DNA of 64,000 nucleotides from Tricharina praecox (Eukaryota): NCBI RefSeq assembly GCF_024521635.1, contig NW_026250406.1, positions 1,302,001 to 1,366,000 of the forward strand, read 5' to 3'. Shown piece by piece: positions 12,526 to 25,499 of this stretch (position 1 is its first letter; each line of letters starts with the position of its first letter). The notes under the pieces were generated by a model. It saw only the letters and a program-made list of their open reading frames with translations, ran no database searches and was not told where the DNA came from. The position numbers and the translations under genes were made by a program.

Positions 12526-14565
12526 TCAGACGAGTCGGATATCCATAGGGAACGGCAGATTTATTGAATTCGGGATTAATGACATGGCTAATGAAATATA
12601 TTGATCTATCTCCAGCAGTTAAATGAGCAGAACCCCACCGTGAAAACAAAAGCAAACTCCATAAATGACATGAACCCATGATCCCAACCCAAGAAAAGAA
12701 AAACAAAAACAAAAACAAGAAAGAAAAACAAGAAACAAAAAACAAAAAACAAAAACAGCTCTTGAACCAGCTGTGGAAGTGAGTTAGTAAGATATTCAAT
12801 GTGGGGGGGGGGGGGAGGGCAAGCGGAAGGGGAAAGGGAACATACCCTCTCAGGCGCCTTGAGGGTCTTACGGTTCCTCAAGTCATACCGAGGCTTGACG
12901 GTCTTTTTCTTGATGCGGGCCATGATCGTGCTGGCTGCACCTGTGGTGCACCCCCGCCCCTCATGAAAACCTCCATCGCCGCCGAATCGAGTCTCCCCCA
13001 GAGTCGAAAGGGCGTTTGCTTTGATGGCGGGAGCATCTATCCTTTCGCGGTGTTGCGGGGGGATTTCGAACCGTTGATCGGTCGATGCGCCACCACCGAC
13101 GAGAAGACTCCCAAGCGCAACATGAAGTGCTGAGCATCATTTTCGGCGTCGTTTTCATCCTGCGCGGTCCCAGCGGATTTGTCAGCGTGTGATCAGCATT
13201 GAATTTCTCGCGGCCATGTTCATCGGCTTTTCTGCAGACTTGGTTGACGCTTCCGGAGTCGATACCGGAGGTTTCTTCTGCTGGCGTTTCTGCCCCTTTG
13301 GATTCGCGGTCTTGACGCGAAGCCACATCACAGCCCATTGACGCTGTCACACTCGTCACACCCTGCCCCACATGGAAACCTCCATCGCCGCCGAACCGAG
13401 TGCGCTCGGAAAACTGGGAGGATCGGCACAATTTCCAGCAGGCGCCTATCACTATTATTAGTCCAATTCGATTCGTGGCAGCAACAGTAGTTGAAGAGAA
13501 TATATACATCGCACCAACCGTTGTCGAACGGTTTGGATTAGGCTCCGCCACTCCGTCCTCAGGCGGAGTGGGGACTTGATCCGATGCCGCCACCAGGGCG
13601 GGATCGGAATAGTCACACCTGGAAACTCTTCCAGGGTGTCCTTGGGCCGGTAGAGCCAGACAATTTTGAGTTGCCGGCCTAACCACGGGCCTCTTCCTTG
13701 GAGACAGGATTCTTGTCCTTCGTAGCAGTAGCGACAGCTTTAGCATTGGTGACAACTTTCTCCTTGGTGAGATCTGCAGTGACGGCTTTCTTGGGCGGGT
13801 GTGCAGGGGAGATCGAGCGGCTTCTGGTGACTGAGCCAGAGCGACGACGGTGCCAGCTTCGTCACGTATCCAAACCACTTCTCTTCTTCCTAAGCTGAGC
13901 GCGGGCGACGGTACCGCCGAGGCGGTGGGGGTCAGACCGGGAAGTTATTGCTCGTTGGCAGACAGGATTTCTGAAATGCTCCCAGCATGTGGATGGAGTA
14001 GAACGAACGGAGATGTAAAAGGACGAATGGTGAAGATATTCGGAAGATTGCTCTTTGGTTCCAGTTAGTTGAAAAGAAACGTAGAAGGAAGGATAAGGAG
14101 GAGTAAGTGAGAAGATATCTGTGAAGAGAAAGATAGGGAAAGAAGAAGGGAGGAAAAGAAGGAAGGGAGGGAGGTTCTTATAGAAAATCCTAGAACAGAT
14201 TTAGCCGAGATCCTGGGTAAGCGCACACTCGCAATTGAATTGTGAGTTGTGAGTTTCCGCCAGCGGCGGAGAATTTACTCACATAATATTCTCCTTGTGA
14301 TTGCGAGCAAATTCAAAGTGGTGCCGAGTGAGACTTAGAGTTAGCGCGAGTGTGAGGCATGCGAGCGAAACAAACACGAGCAAACACGAGCAAACATGTG
14401 AATGTTAGGACTTTCTCTCTGCTAGTTGGCTGGCTTCTCCACCGAGAGAAGTTTCTTTTTTTTTTTGGAACAAGTGCTCTCCGAGTGATTGCTTGGTGGC
14501 AGGGCCTGTTGCACCACCAACACCAGCTGCGGTCGGAAATCCAGGTAGGTACTAGGTAGGTGCTG
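12526..14565 (-). repeat. ~2 kb repeat unit A/B, copy 1 (degenerate spliced gene with promoter and 3' UTR); inverted relative to 34495-36450
   Basis: 12526-13530 is the reverse complement of 35575-36450 (shared ARIKKKTVKPRYDLRNRK..APERVCS peptide and T-rich 3' region ending ...ggatatccgactcgtctga). 14170-14565 matches 34495-35030 (cgagcaaaca repeats, ctcacaatt palindrome). The middle part is divergent. Confidence 0.9.
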
Positions 14566-14570
14566 CTGCT

Positions 14571-15570
14571 GTGAGTCTTGCTTTTCGAAGGGTCGTTCTG
14601 CTAGCTAGTGATGGTATCACCCGACCCTTTGAAGGAAAACCCCAGCTAGGGCTTCTTCTTCCCCACACATTCTACTTCCCTCCCTTCTTTCTCTTCCTCT
14701 TTCTCTTTCTCTTTCTCTTTCTCTTTCTCTTCCTCACCACCACCACCAACACCACTACCACCATCACCACACTACCGACGCCGATCGGAAAGAGAGTACA
14801 TCGACATTCGGCCATACGCCACAGCTTGGTCTTCAATACCTCGACTGTGATCGCGTGGGATGTTTGTAGTGGGAACCTGGGGACCAACTGGACAACACCA
14901 ACTGGACGACACCAACTCGACGACACCAACTGGACAACAAACGCGGCGGATAGTACTAATGGACCAGCAGGAATCGACTGGGAGCCGTGTGGGGAGGGAG
15001 TGCGGACGTAATGCAGGCCGCACAGAAGAGCAAAATACGGGATCACGTACCCGCGGTCCCGGCACGGACCACCAAATGCGGCAACTACTGGACCTGGACC
15101 TAGAATTCACCCATGATCAATGGACGTATATCAAAAATGCATCCTTCCACCACGCCCTCGGTTTTTAATACTCTAGTTGTGGTGGAGGTGAGCGTATGCA
15201 GACATACCGGCATTCGCCCGGGTACATGTAATGCAGCATCAACGCACTGTCGTAAATTACGCCTCGAGTATATCCGCGTGTCAAGATGGCTTTGATTCGT
15301 GCCCTCTCCGCGGATCAACCGTGCAGCGCGACGAGCCGAGACTTCTTACGGACGACTGACGTCAATCGGCAGGCACTAGGTATTCTGGGGCAGAAGCAAA
15401 AAACGTTCGACCCCGCCGGATCCGGGAGAGGATACCCTACTTGTTCACATCTGTGTCGCCACAACCGCATGATTCCTACACGCCATATAGTACAGTGCAT
15501 CAAATCCCAGAGATGTACAATGACAACGGAAGGCCGCGAAGTGCGCCAGTTGCATAATGTATCACTCGCC
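14571..15570 (+). repeat. repeat unit C, copy 1 (degenerate gene-like sequence); inverted relative to 37897-38890
   Basis: Shared sequence such as gtgagtcttgc...gatggtatcac.cgaccctttg, ccaactggacgacacc repeats, and peptides GRTEEQ.TGSRTRGP, LLDLDL, VVE..VCRHTG. Both copies have stops or frameshifts. Confidence 0.85.
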
Positions 15571-15967
15571 AAAACACGTGATTGGCAGGAGAAGCCTACG
15601 AGAAGGCGAGTGGATATATAGTCAAGTCGGGAGGCTGGAGCCGACCCTAGGATTAGTCTGTTTTGGGCAGCATAAGATGGCGTTAAGTCACGGAGAGCTA
15701 CATCAGGCAGATATTGAGCAGTAGACAGCTAGAAGGATAACCTATTCACATCACACTTTCGTTGGGTCCGGCGGTGCTGTGCATCAGCAAAATATTGGCC
15801 TTTGTAAACTGCAGGCAAAATAGCTTCCGCGATTTAAAGATAAAAAATGAAACATGAAACAGCAAAAACAGCAAAAAATAGCAAAAAACGATTCCCAACC
15901 AACAACACCCCCCCCCCCCCCCCAAAAAAAAAAAAAAAAAAAAAAAAAACGTGAACTCCCGGCGCCT

Positions 15968-18900
15968 TCAAATGTAAAACATCAGCCGTGCGACCTCCTC
16001 CCTAGGACCCGATCCCCAAGTCTTGATGGCCTCGGCCATCGTGGCGGCCTCCTCCGCCGCCTTCTTGTCGGCCTCAACTGGGCCGGCCGCTTTCCTCACC
16101 TCGGCCATATTTGTAATCGGGTGTCCCGCCAGCAAGGCCTGCAGATAGCAGCGGCCACGATCACACAGGATATCGGCATAGTACGCGGGCGGGACGTAAC
16201 TGACGCTCTTGGTCGCCCGGGCGAAGAGATAGCTCATCTCGTGGACCAGGGCCTGCAAGTTATCTGCCGAAAACCCAATCTCGTCGTGCACGGCGAAGTA
16301 GTGGGCGCTCCTCGCCGTCCCCTGGAGGCCCACATGCGCCTGGAGGTAAAAGTCCATGTGTGCTACGGAGGTGACGCCGCGATCGACGACGGTTCCCGGG
16401 GCTGAGTTGCCCTTGCCGTCCATGTGCCTCGGGTCGGTGGGGTAGAAACGCGCGTGGTGGCGCTTTCCGCAGACGATAATGCTGATTTTGGGATTGTACT
16501 CAGGGTCCTGTTTGGAGGCTACCTGGCCTGCCTTTTTGATTAAAGGCAGTTCGTCCGTGTTTAGCTGCCGGTATTGTGACTCCGAGACGCCGTCGCGGAA
16601 GTAGATAATGCGTTGCGGAAGCTTTCCGTTATGTTTGGCGTAAAATGCCAGGCGCTCGGCCACTTGTTCGTCCAGGTGTTGGATTATCTAGGGAAAGTTA
16701 GCACGTGTGGGCGAAGCAAGGTGGACTGATGGGCAAACCTCTTGCCTAGTTTTCTGTAGGCGTATGCTACCCGGGTACACACTGTATGTGTTTTCGTAGC
16801 TGCCTACAACTGCCGCGATACTGGGAGTGCCCCTTGTACTAACTTTTGCGGTGGGATGGGTGACATCCGCGCCCAAAATGATGGTGTCAGTGCCCAGCAA
16901 CGTGGCGAGCATGCCGTTGGCGGATACTCTATGATTCATCCCCCCCAACTTCAAGTTGGCCTTCATCGCGATGTTTGCGAGGTATTGTGGCTGACCCTTC
17001 TCCTTCTTGATCTTTTCCGAATGGCAGCACATCGTCGAGATGCCAAACTCGCAGTCTACAAGCGTTCGGATGTAGTTGTAGATCTGCTTGCTGTCGTTCG
17101 ACAACATCACGAGTAGGAAATCCGGAGTCGGTCTGGCACTTGCTGACTTCCGGCCGCTCTTGCAGATAGTGGAGAGAGCAGCTCTCAGAGCGGGTAAAGC
17201 CGCTGTCCTCATCGGGTCTCCGGGATTCTTCGGCGGAAGCTCACATTTCTGCCACACGCGCGGCTCCCTCTCGACCACCGCAATGCCACATTCCGTGCAC
17301 TTGTCGACAAAGAGCTGGGTGATGTATTTGAGCTCGTTCACATCGGCAAAGTCCGTCCTCCCACCATCTCCGATCGCCAGAACCGCCCAGTTCTGCAACT
17401 TGCCGCCCACAGGGAACTTTATTCCGATGAGGTTCCAAGATGCACTGTTTTCTCGTATGCTGACGGTTCTGTTCTTGTAGGTCACTTGCGGGGGTCTCAA
17501 CACCCTCGCGGAGATGACTTCCATGTACTTGCTCACTTTGAGCCCGAACGTGTCGAGTATCTGGTTCGCGCCGCCCGAATGCCCGAGGACATCGAGTCCC
17601 TCGCCGGTTATGAGCTCCGCATTGCTTTTGGGCGACCGACATGCTACTTGTAGCATCCTACTGGTCTGATTCCCGGTGAGGAATGACCCGAACAGCTGCC
17701 CCTCGACGATGGTGCACAATTCCGCTGGAATGAAGGCTTTTCTGCCTCCGGCGCCGAACCAGAATCCGCAACGTCCGTTAGGATTTAGGTCTTTCGCGTA
17801 TTCTGGGGAAGTCAGAGATAAGTAGTTAAAAGCAGGAAGGTGAACTTACTCTTCTTGAAGTAATACGCAACCGTTACCATGCGCTTCTCTTCGTCCCAGT
17901 CGAACTTCTCCTCGACAACCGTGCCACCGAGGCCCTTCAACGTGAAGATCTTGGGTTTTCCAAGATAAGTGGTCATAACTCGCAGCCCATCGATCGACTT
18001 CAAGCCAATCCCACCTTTCGGACTCACGGGGGCTCCGCCGGGCCACACGTCGTTGATCATGGCAGTCAAGCTCTGCGACTTGAAGAATGCCCCCGTGCAC
18101 ACATTGATGTTGCAGAGTACGCGACCGTAGGTGGGCCGGATGGAGGAATAGTATCCCCGGTAAGCAACTAGGCCACTGCCCAGTTCTTCGGGCTGGGTTT
18201 CGAGAATAAAGAATTTGTTGTCTCCGCTGCCAACTTTCATGACCTTCCTGTTGCCGGCCAAGCCGGACACAGGAAACTTTGCCAGAATGATGTTGAGTGC
18301 GCGGATAATCACGCTGGCGTCGTATGGCGGGTAATTCATCACTCCCGATACGAACTTCTGGAGATCCTTCGTATTGAACTCATGAGCAAAGGTGATGGTA
18401 GCCTTGTAGCACTTGTCGGTGGCCCGCTCTGCCTCATCCACGTAGTAAAACCGCACGTCGAACACCCTCTGCCTCTGGGGCATGTTGAGTTGGACCGCGG
18501 AGATGAAGGTCTTGGAGTTATCGGTCGCAATGCAGTTGGGGTTCGGCACCAGTTTCCGGAAGTCCGGAGTCTTCTGCAAGAGTTCGAACAATCTGGTTCG
18601 AACCCCGGCTTTCTTCTCGTTGGGAGAGAAGTCCACATCGTATTGGTACAACGGCTTTTCCGGCAAGTCCACCTTGAAGAAGTTGGCGCGTACGACGGTC
18701 GAGGCGCCTTGTTTCCCGAAGTCCTGGCGATACGGGAAATCGCCCTGGACTCTGTTGCTGGCAAGGGTGCGTATAAGAGCGTCGGCGTCGGCGTTGAGCT
18801 TTTGGTTTGGTATCTGTGTATCGCCGCTGGCGTGGAACAGACCGTAATCCGCGACTAGACGTCCTCCACCACCTCTCCCGCGTCCACCGCCTCCGCCGTA

Positions 18901-19107
18901 TGCGGGACCACGGCCGCCCTGGTATCCACCCCGGGGAGCCCCTCCGCCCCCACCATCACCACCGCCACGGTAGCCACCACCACCACCCCCACGGCCGCCT
19001 CCGCTACCCCCACCCCGACCTTCTCCAACTCTCATAAAGCCCCCTCTTCCTCGTCCATAGCGGCTAAAGTCGCCGCAACGACCGCCACGAGATCCCCATT
19101 CAGACAT
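15968..19107 (-). CDS. Argonaute protein (QDE-2-like), ~1013 aa, 3 exons
   Basis: Introns 17803-17849 and 16688-16738 join three ORFs in frame. RGG-rich N-tail, N domain (VRANFF), L1 (RGYYSSIRP..NINV), PAZ end (IPAELC), MID (YLANIAMKANLKLGGMNH) and PIWI (GADVTHP, RQE, YFRDGVSESQ, CGKRHHARFYP, PGTVVDRGVT, DFYLQAH..LQGTAR, RATKSVS.VPPAYYADILC). Confidence 0.96.
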
Positions 19108-20743
19108 GTAGTCTTCTCTTGCTGGTAGTGTGTGTAGTACAGTTCGTACGAACGAGACGGTATCAAAAATCGGTAGGTTGGTGATGAAGCCAGAGTGTCG
19201 AACCTTAAGTGTGCCGCAAGAGGAGGAAGGATTAACTCACTATAAATAGTTGAGCGTCAACCTTTAAGTGCAGGCTTAAATTGAAGGCAGCCATCTGTCG
19301 AGTGGCCATGTGGACGATGGAAGCTCTTCAAAACTGGGCGAAGAGAGGGTGGTGATGCATCTCAACAGTTTCGATTTGAATCATGATTGGGTGTGTGGTA
19401 AGTAGATTCGTGCGGAAAAGTCAATGTACGGGTATGTTCTTTGTCTTTCTATTGTGGTGAGTCAAACTGGTGAGTCGACAACCGGATGGATACATACTTT
19501 TCAATCGCAGCCATGTGGCAGATCGTCGACAAAAGTTGGGAAGGCTAACGTTGACAGCTCGTGACGAACTCTAATCCGAATACGAATGATAACCTAGTTT
19601 GATCAACATTCAAGGTTAAAATTATACATAAGAAGTGATTGAACTTGACAGATATTCAAGAGGTTCGACGGAAAGTCAAGCTGGGGGGATCGGCTGTTTA
19701 CGTTACGGTGTTCATCAGGATACATCTGAACAGGTCTCCGCCAGACTGAGGATTGTATTGGTTGACCCTAGAAGACCAGGCAGCCACTTCTGCTCAATGA
19801 ACACTGTCTCGTAGCCGTCCGAAGGTGCCTGTGCGTTCTTGGGTACTGCCTCCGGATCGATCCACTTCAACGATGCAAGAGTTCCCCGCTTGTATGCCGT
19901 GATCGGAATCTTAGAAAGACGGGGTTGCCAACAATAGTGCGCCTTCGTCCGTATTGAGGTAGCGGGCGACGGAACCGGCGAATTGAAGGATCATGGAGAG
20001 GTTGAGGTTCTATTCAACTTCAGAGCCTGTGGCCCTTCTCCGCTGCTGCAGACTAACCTAAAGGCGCCTAGCGACGCATCTCACCCTTTCGGAACCATCC
20101 GATTCGGCTAGTCCTGCTCGCCTCTTCTCCTTATCTTATCCATCGATCGCTATAACACATCCACCATCTCTATGAAGCCAACGGACTCGGATGTCCCCAA
20201 CCGAATACAGACAGCGGCGGCGATAATAGTTAGTTCCTTTCACACACCTCCGACCGGCGAGAACCCCACTGGCAACCTTCAAAAATGCGAAGATTGTCCG
20301 CTGGCACACCAAATGCGCTGCTCACGTTAGCTCCAGGATTCTGGGATTCACGCGGTGTATGTGTGTGTGTCCACTCTTTCTGACCGCGGATCGAGTGCCG
20401 CGACCGACAGGTTCGACGAGGGTGAGAGGGATCAATCGAGCAGATAGTTACTCACCTGTTGGTTACCACTCGCCTGCTCAAGAGTCAAGAGGTCACTCCA
20501 TATTCAATGACTCCCGCCGATCACGTGGTCACCATACAATTATCGACAGACAAGGGGCACTGGGGCAGAAAAGCTTGGAGGTGCAGGAAGTTGGAATTCG
20601 GGATGGAGCAGGGATGCTACTATGCATATGGCGGGGGGGGGGGCTGGGAGTGCGGGCGGCCATGCAGGTGCCCTCTCCCGCACCTCGGACGTCGGACCTT
20701 GGCATCTCGGTCCGTGCTCTTTGTCCCGTCCCGTCACCATCTT

Positions 20744-20798
20744 GGCAATTTTATCTGGCAACTTTATCCAGGCAATTTTATCTGGTAACTTTATCCAG
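20744..20798. repeat. 27-bp tandem duplication built from 13/14-bp subunits
   Basis: ggcaattttatctggcaactttatcca ggcaattttatctggtaactttatcca. Confidence 0.85.
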
Positions 20799-21142
20799 TG
20801 ACGAACCAACATCAGAGAAGTCTGGGTTATGCATGCATACATAGGCCATGGACAGAATCATCGGATTTGGCGTGTCGTCCGCCCGCCTTCATTCTTGCTT
20901 TTCGTACATATGCTTAGGAGGGGTTCACCGCGGCACGAATTACATACCACCGCCGAAAGAATCGCCCATGATCCAGGCAAACATAACACTTCGCAGATCC
21001 AGTCTCGAAAAGTGCAATACACAGGTCGGAAGGAAAGCAACAGATTAGGCACCAAAGAGAAAAGAAGAAAAAAAAACTCAAGATTTGGCTTCACACACAT
21101 ACACACACACACATCCCACGCAGCAGCTTCGGTAGACATGTT

Positions 21143-21835
21143 TTAATGGACCACAGTACGCAAGGAATTCCTATTTGCAAATGTATAACTCCCGCCGGCC
21201 CTAGCAATATCCAGATTTGCGCAGAGATATCTGATATAGTGTGCGGCATACACGACGGCGGGGCAATTGATATTTGCGCCATAGTGACCGCACAGGGAGA
21301 TAGTGCCGCCCTTGGCGCTCTCCAACTTGGAGCATTTGGACTTGATGCCGTTGTAGTTTGTGCACGGCTTATTGTTGGGTCTGCGCATGACCTGCGAGAC
21401 CATCTGGTCGATCTCGGTGAACGTCGGCGACGCCCAGGACGTCTCACACTTGAGCTTGCCGCGCCACCGGTTCACGTACCGGCCCGACGAGGACGCCGAC
21501 GGCGTCAGGTAGTACGTCGTGTTGTCGTGCGGGTCGATGTGGATATCCGGCACGTCGCCGAACATCGGTGATGAGGGATCGCTGTCGTCGTCGTCGCGGG
21601 TGGGTGCGCCGCCGAAGATCGGTGATGAGGGATTGCCGCCGTCGTCGTCGTCGCCCTCCGAGTCGATGCCGGACAGCCCGAAGGATCCGGGGTCGGCTCG
21701 CGTGGTGCCCTTCGTTGGTGTGCTGCCTTTGGAGGGGGGGGCACCACCAGCACCGGGGAGGGCGCGGGGTGAAGCAGTGACTGCGACGGCGATGATCCAG
21801 AGGACCGTCAGAATCTCGAGACAGAATCGCCGCAT
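21143..21835 (-). CDS. secreted protein, 230 aa, with a C-terminal Cys-containing domain (effector-like; possibly Ecp2/KP4-like fold)
   Basis: Signal peptide MRRFCLEILTVLWIIAVAVTASP, then an acidic linker with a duplicated DDDD..PSSP.FG motif, then a domain CETSWASP...C.N....KCSKL....ISLCG.....C......C..AGG with 6 Cys. TATA-like TTATAA lies ~75 bp upstream. Confidence 0.8.
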   Translation of the reverse strand: MRRFCLEILTVLWIIAVAVTASPRALPGAGGAPPSKGSTPTKGTTRADPGSFGLSGIDSEGDDDDGGNPSSPIFGGAPTRDDDDSDPSSPMFGDVPDIHIDPHDNTTYYLTPSASSSGRYVNRWRGKLKCETSWASPTFTEIDQMVSQVMRRPNNKPCTNYNGIKSKCSKLESAKGGTISLCGHYGANINCPAVVYAAHYIRYLCANLDIARAGGSYTFANRNSLRTVVH

Positions 21836-23913
21836 GTTAATGGTCGCTGGAGAATATTATGGGTAATCCGGTCGCTGTATCTCCAAAAAACATGGGGCAA
21901 AATCCCAGATTATAAGCAAAGTCTGGCGATATGGCAGCGACATCTGACTCCATCCGCCGGTGATCAATCTAATTATGCTTTTGCACCGCATGCACATCAC
22001 ATTCCTACATCACAAAGGATTTGGATATATCCGGTCATTCCATCACTCGCAGCTACGAGCGCCACATTCCACGTACTCCAAATCCAACCAGCGTGAAAGA
22101 AACTTCCACGCAGGGAGGTGTCACAGGCTTGATATCACCGCCCTCTCGTCAGGAATGAAGCCGAAGAGAGCGGGGTACTTGTACAGTTACTTGATGGTAT
22201 GTAAGGGGCAATGGCTTCCGCCAGACTCCAGTCACTCGGGCACACATCTTCCCCATGCCCACGACAGTCCCAAGCTTCACTAGCCCTTCGAAGATGGAAT
22301 GATGTGTCTCCGAAAGTGGCAGCCGAGTGACTTATGTGCAGACGCCGGAATCCCTATGGAGCGGTTAGAGGGAGGTCGCTGCTTGAGGATGCCCTTCGTC
22401 CTCTGTTCGCCTCGGAGCCAATACTCAAAGCGGAGCGGTTATTCCGAACTCAATGGCCTCTCACATTCAAATGGCTCGTTAGGTACCTAGGTCGCTTGGT
22501 AGCTGGCTTCTGGCAGTGTTAAAGACCCCCGCCGCCAACCTTAAGTTCCAACAAGCTGAGATTCACTGCCCCCGCAACTTGTGAGCGAACGGTTGGCAGC
22601 AAGCGGGAGCTTACAGGACATGAAGGGGACGTCAAGATTCGGTACAGTTGCTGACGGAAGTTATCGAGTCTCGCAAGAGCCAAAAAGCCTACTTACCGAA
22701 CTGGTGAGTGAGTGAAAGGTGGGAACCATCGGGTCTCGTAGTAGCTATAGGCAGGAGCTATATATCGAGTCTCGCCGGAGCTATCGAGTCTCGCTGGAGT
22801 CAAAGAGCCCACCCTACCGGACTTGTGAGCGAGTGACAGCCTACAGGTGGGAGCTTGAGCGTGCAACAGATCTACGGATCCCAGTAACTTACATACTCCA
22901 GCCGGTGCAATGTAAACTTTATTCAGCGTGGGTGATGACCGATATGCATTACCGATCCCCCCCCCCCCCCCCCCCCACCCTCCCCCCACCCTCCCCCACC
23001 GCCACCCCAGCCAACAATCCATCCCCTCACCATCCCTCACTCGCCATGACGTCACGCGTACCTAGAGTAGAGTATGTTACCTAGAGCACCATCCAGCGAT
23101 CTGCCGTGTCTTGTTTGTTTGTTTGTTTGTTTCAACTTTCAGCAGGTATGTAGAGTATGTAGACGATCATGCCGCACGGGACGAGCACATACTCTACCTA
23201 CTCTGTGAACTCTCAACCCACCGAGCGCGCTGCTGCTGGGTGCACCGGGCCCCTCCCCTCCCCTCCCCTCAGGACGTCAACCGTGCGATACCTACCAACA
23301 TACATAGAGTAGATTTCCTGCCCAATCTCCTCCCCCCTGCGACCCCGGTGTTGTGTTGCAACTTACAGCCCCCACCTCGCACAAAGTTCCCGCGGCAGAT
23401 CCCAGAGGATCCCAGAGGATCCGCCTCCACGTCCCGTCCGTGCGTACGTACTATCCACGGGAAGACCCGCTTTCTCGCGAATCATCTCCCAATTGTTTGG
23501 CAGCAAACATCAGACGTGCAGTTGGTCATACTCATAACCAACTTGGTAAGTTACGGCTGAGGTGCGCGTGCAGCAGGATTTGACGGTAATATTGCTTTGA
23601 AATCTTTCAAATCCTGCAGCGATTGGGTTGTGGGATTGGGCCAATCGCTCGGGGCTGCACTGAAAACGAGGAGGTGGTAGCACCTTTGACGGTATGGGTT
23701 TGCTGGGTTTGCCGGGGGAAGGGGGAACGGGGAAGGGACTTCTTCTGTGGTGATCTCCAAAAATGCGCCCGTGAATTGCTCGCTCGCTAAACCCGCTCCC
23801 ACAAACGCTGTACCGGTAATCTAATATGACAAAAATCCGACGATGCAAGTACTATCTATGCTATGCTATGCTGTAATTATGCTCCAGAATCCAAAATAAA
23901 ACCGAAACGCCCT

Positions 23914-24939
23914 TCACTTCCCCAATCCCCGATGCCATAACCGCCGAAACAATCCTACCGGTTTCCACGGCTTCTCCGCCGCTGCCTTCGCCTGCTGCTG
24001 ATGCTTCTGCTGCTTCTTCTCCACCGCCGCTGGACTCGGCTTCACCAGCTTCGCGGCCGTCCCGCCACTAGTGCTCGGCCTGTATGGCGTTCTTCCCCCG
24101 CCCCTTGCGCCGGTAACACTCGGCGCCCTGACCGACCCAGTCGCCCTCGACACGCTCCTTACCGGCAACGCACCACGCACCGTTTCCTCGCCGCTCCCAC
24201 TCCTCGACGCGGCCTCCTCCTCCTCCTCCTCAAAGCTATCACTCTCCGTCGCTGTGCCCGTCGCCGTCGCCGTGCCCGTCCCCGCCCCCGAGCCCACCTG
24301 CCTCTTCCACGTCCTAATCTGCTCCCTCGCGGCGCGCTCCAGATGTTCCTCTGCGGTAGTAGTACCGTCGCTCACGACCGTCGAGAACGAGGAATTCCTG
24401 CCGCTCTTCGGGCGCGCCCTATTCTTTGGCGGCGGCGGCGGCGGCGGCCCCTCCGCGCTGAGTATCGCGTCCAGCTGCGCCAGATCCAGCGCCTGGCTCA
24501 GCCTGCGGCCGTTCTTCGGCGGCACGGGGGGGGACAGCCGTCCCCCCGCCCCCACACCGGCCTCGTACACGGGCGGCATGGAGCGCGGCGAGAGATTTGG
24601 TGATGTTGGGAGGGGACGCAGCTGCCGCTCGAGCCGCGCGATGTGCTCCGCCTGCTGGAAGATCAGCGACTCCTGCAGTCGCAGGATCGCGTTGTACCCG
24701 TCCTTGAGCTCCTGGATCGCGCGCGCGTGGTGCACGTCCATCGTGTCGAGCAGCGCACGATAGCGGTTGTCGATGCGGTGGAGGAGGTAGTGCGGATGCT
24801 GCTGCTGCTGCTGGTGGGTTGTGTCGGTGTCGCTGTCGCTGTCGGTGTCGGTGTCGGTGTCGGTGTCGCTGTCGGTGTCGGTGTCACAGTCTTCTTCTTC
24901 TTCTTCTACTTCTGCGGAAGAGCGAGTGCGCGAGGGCAT
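23914..24939 (-). CDS. hypothetical low-complexity protein, ~341 aa, with a short coiled coil and Pro-rich motifs
   Basis: Long GC-rich ORF from MPSRTRSS. It has an acidic (DT)n tract, a helical segment (IDNRYRALLDTMD..ELKDGYNAILRLQESLIFQQAEHIARLERQL) and PPVPPKN/PPPPPPKN motifs. Confidence 0.7.
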   Translation of the reverse strand: MPSRTRSSAEVEEEEEDCDTDTDSDTDTDTDTDSDSDTDTTHQQQQQHPHYLLHRIDNRYRALLDTMDVHHARAIQELKDGYNAILRLQESLIFQQAEHIARLERQLRPLPTSPNLSPRSMPPVYEAGVGAGGRLSPPVPPKNGRRLSQALDLAQLDAILSAEGPPPPPPPKNRARPKSGRNSSFSTVVSDGTTTAEEHLERAAREQIRTWKRQVGSGAGTGTATATGTATESDSFEEEEEEAASRSGSGEETVRGALPVRSVSRATGSVRAPSVTGARGGGRTPYRPSTSGGTAAKLVKPSPAAVEKKQQKHQQQAKAAAEKPWKPVGLFRRLWHRGLGK

Positions 24940-25499
24940 GCTGGAGAGTACGTGCGTGCGTGCGGGGGGCTGGCTGGGTCTTGGAGGATGGATGGATGGG
25001 TGGATGGGGCGGGGGGCGTGGGGCGGGGGGCTGATGTGCTGCTGCCGGCGCCGGAATGTGGTGTATCGTATCGTATCGTATGGAGAGTAGAAGCACAGAT
25101 CCGGGGACAAGGTCGAAAGGGAAATCCGTTCCCCAGCTGAAAAAAATAAAGTACTCTACTCACGGCGGCGGGGGGGTCGACAGGATAGGTGTGGGTTCGT
25201 TCGGGCCACCATGCGTTGCTGGCAACAGCAGCAGCCTTGTTGCAGACTTGCAGTGTTGTTCCTATGGTGTGTGAGACCACGTACTTAGCTTAGCTTGCTA
25301 GCTAGCTGTCAGCCATCCATCGCATCGCCCGCCCGCGCGCCCACCCGCACCTCCGAGCCAATCTGTCTCAGGATCCGGCAATCTGTATGGCGGAATTGCT
25401 GCGCACGAATTGGTTGCCCTACCCGAATCCGGCGCTGTACGTAGGATACCGGTATGTATATCTCCAGGTGTTTCTTGGTCGGGCGCAGACGGAGGTGCG

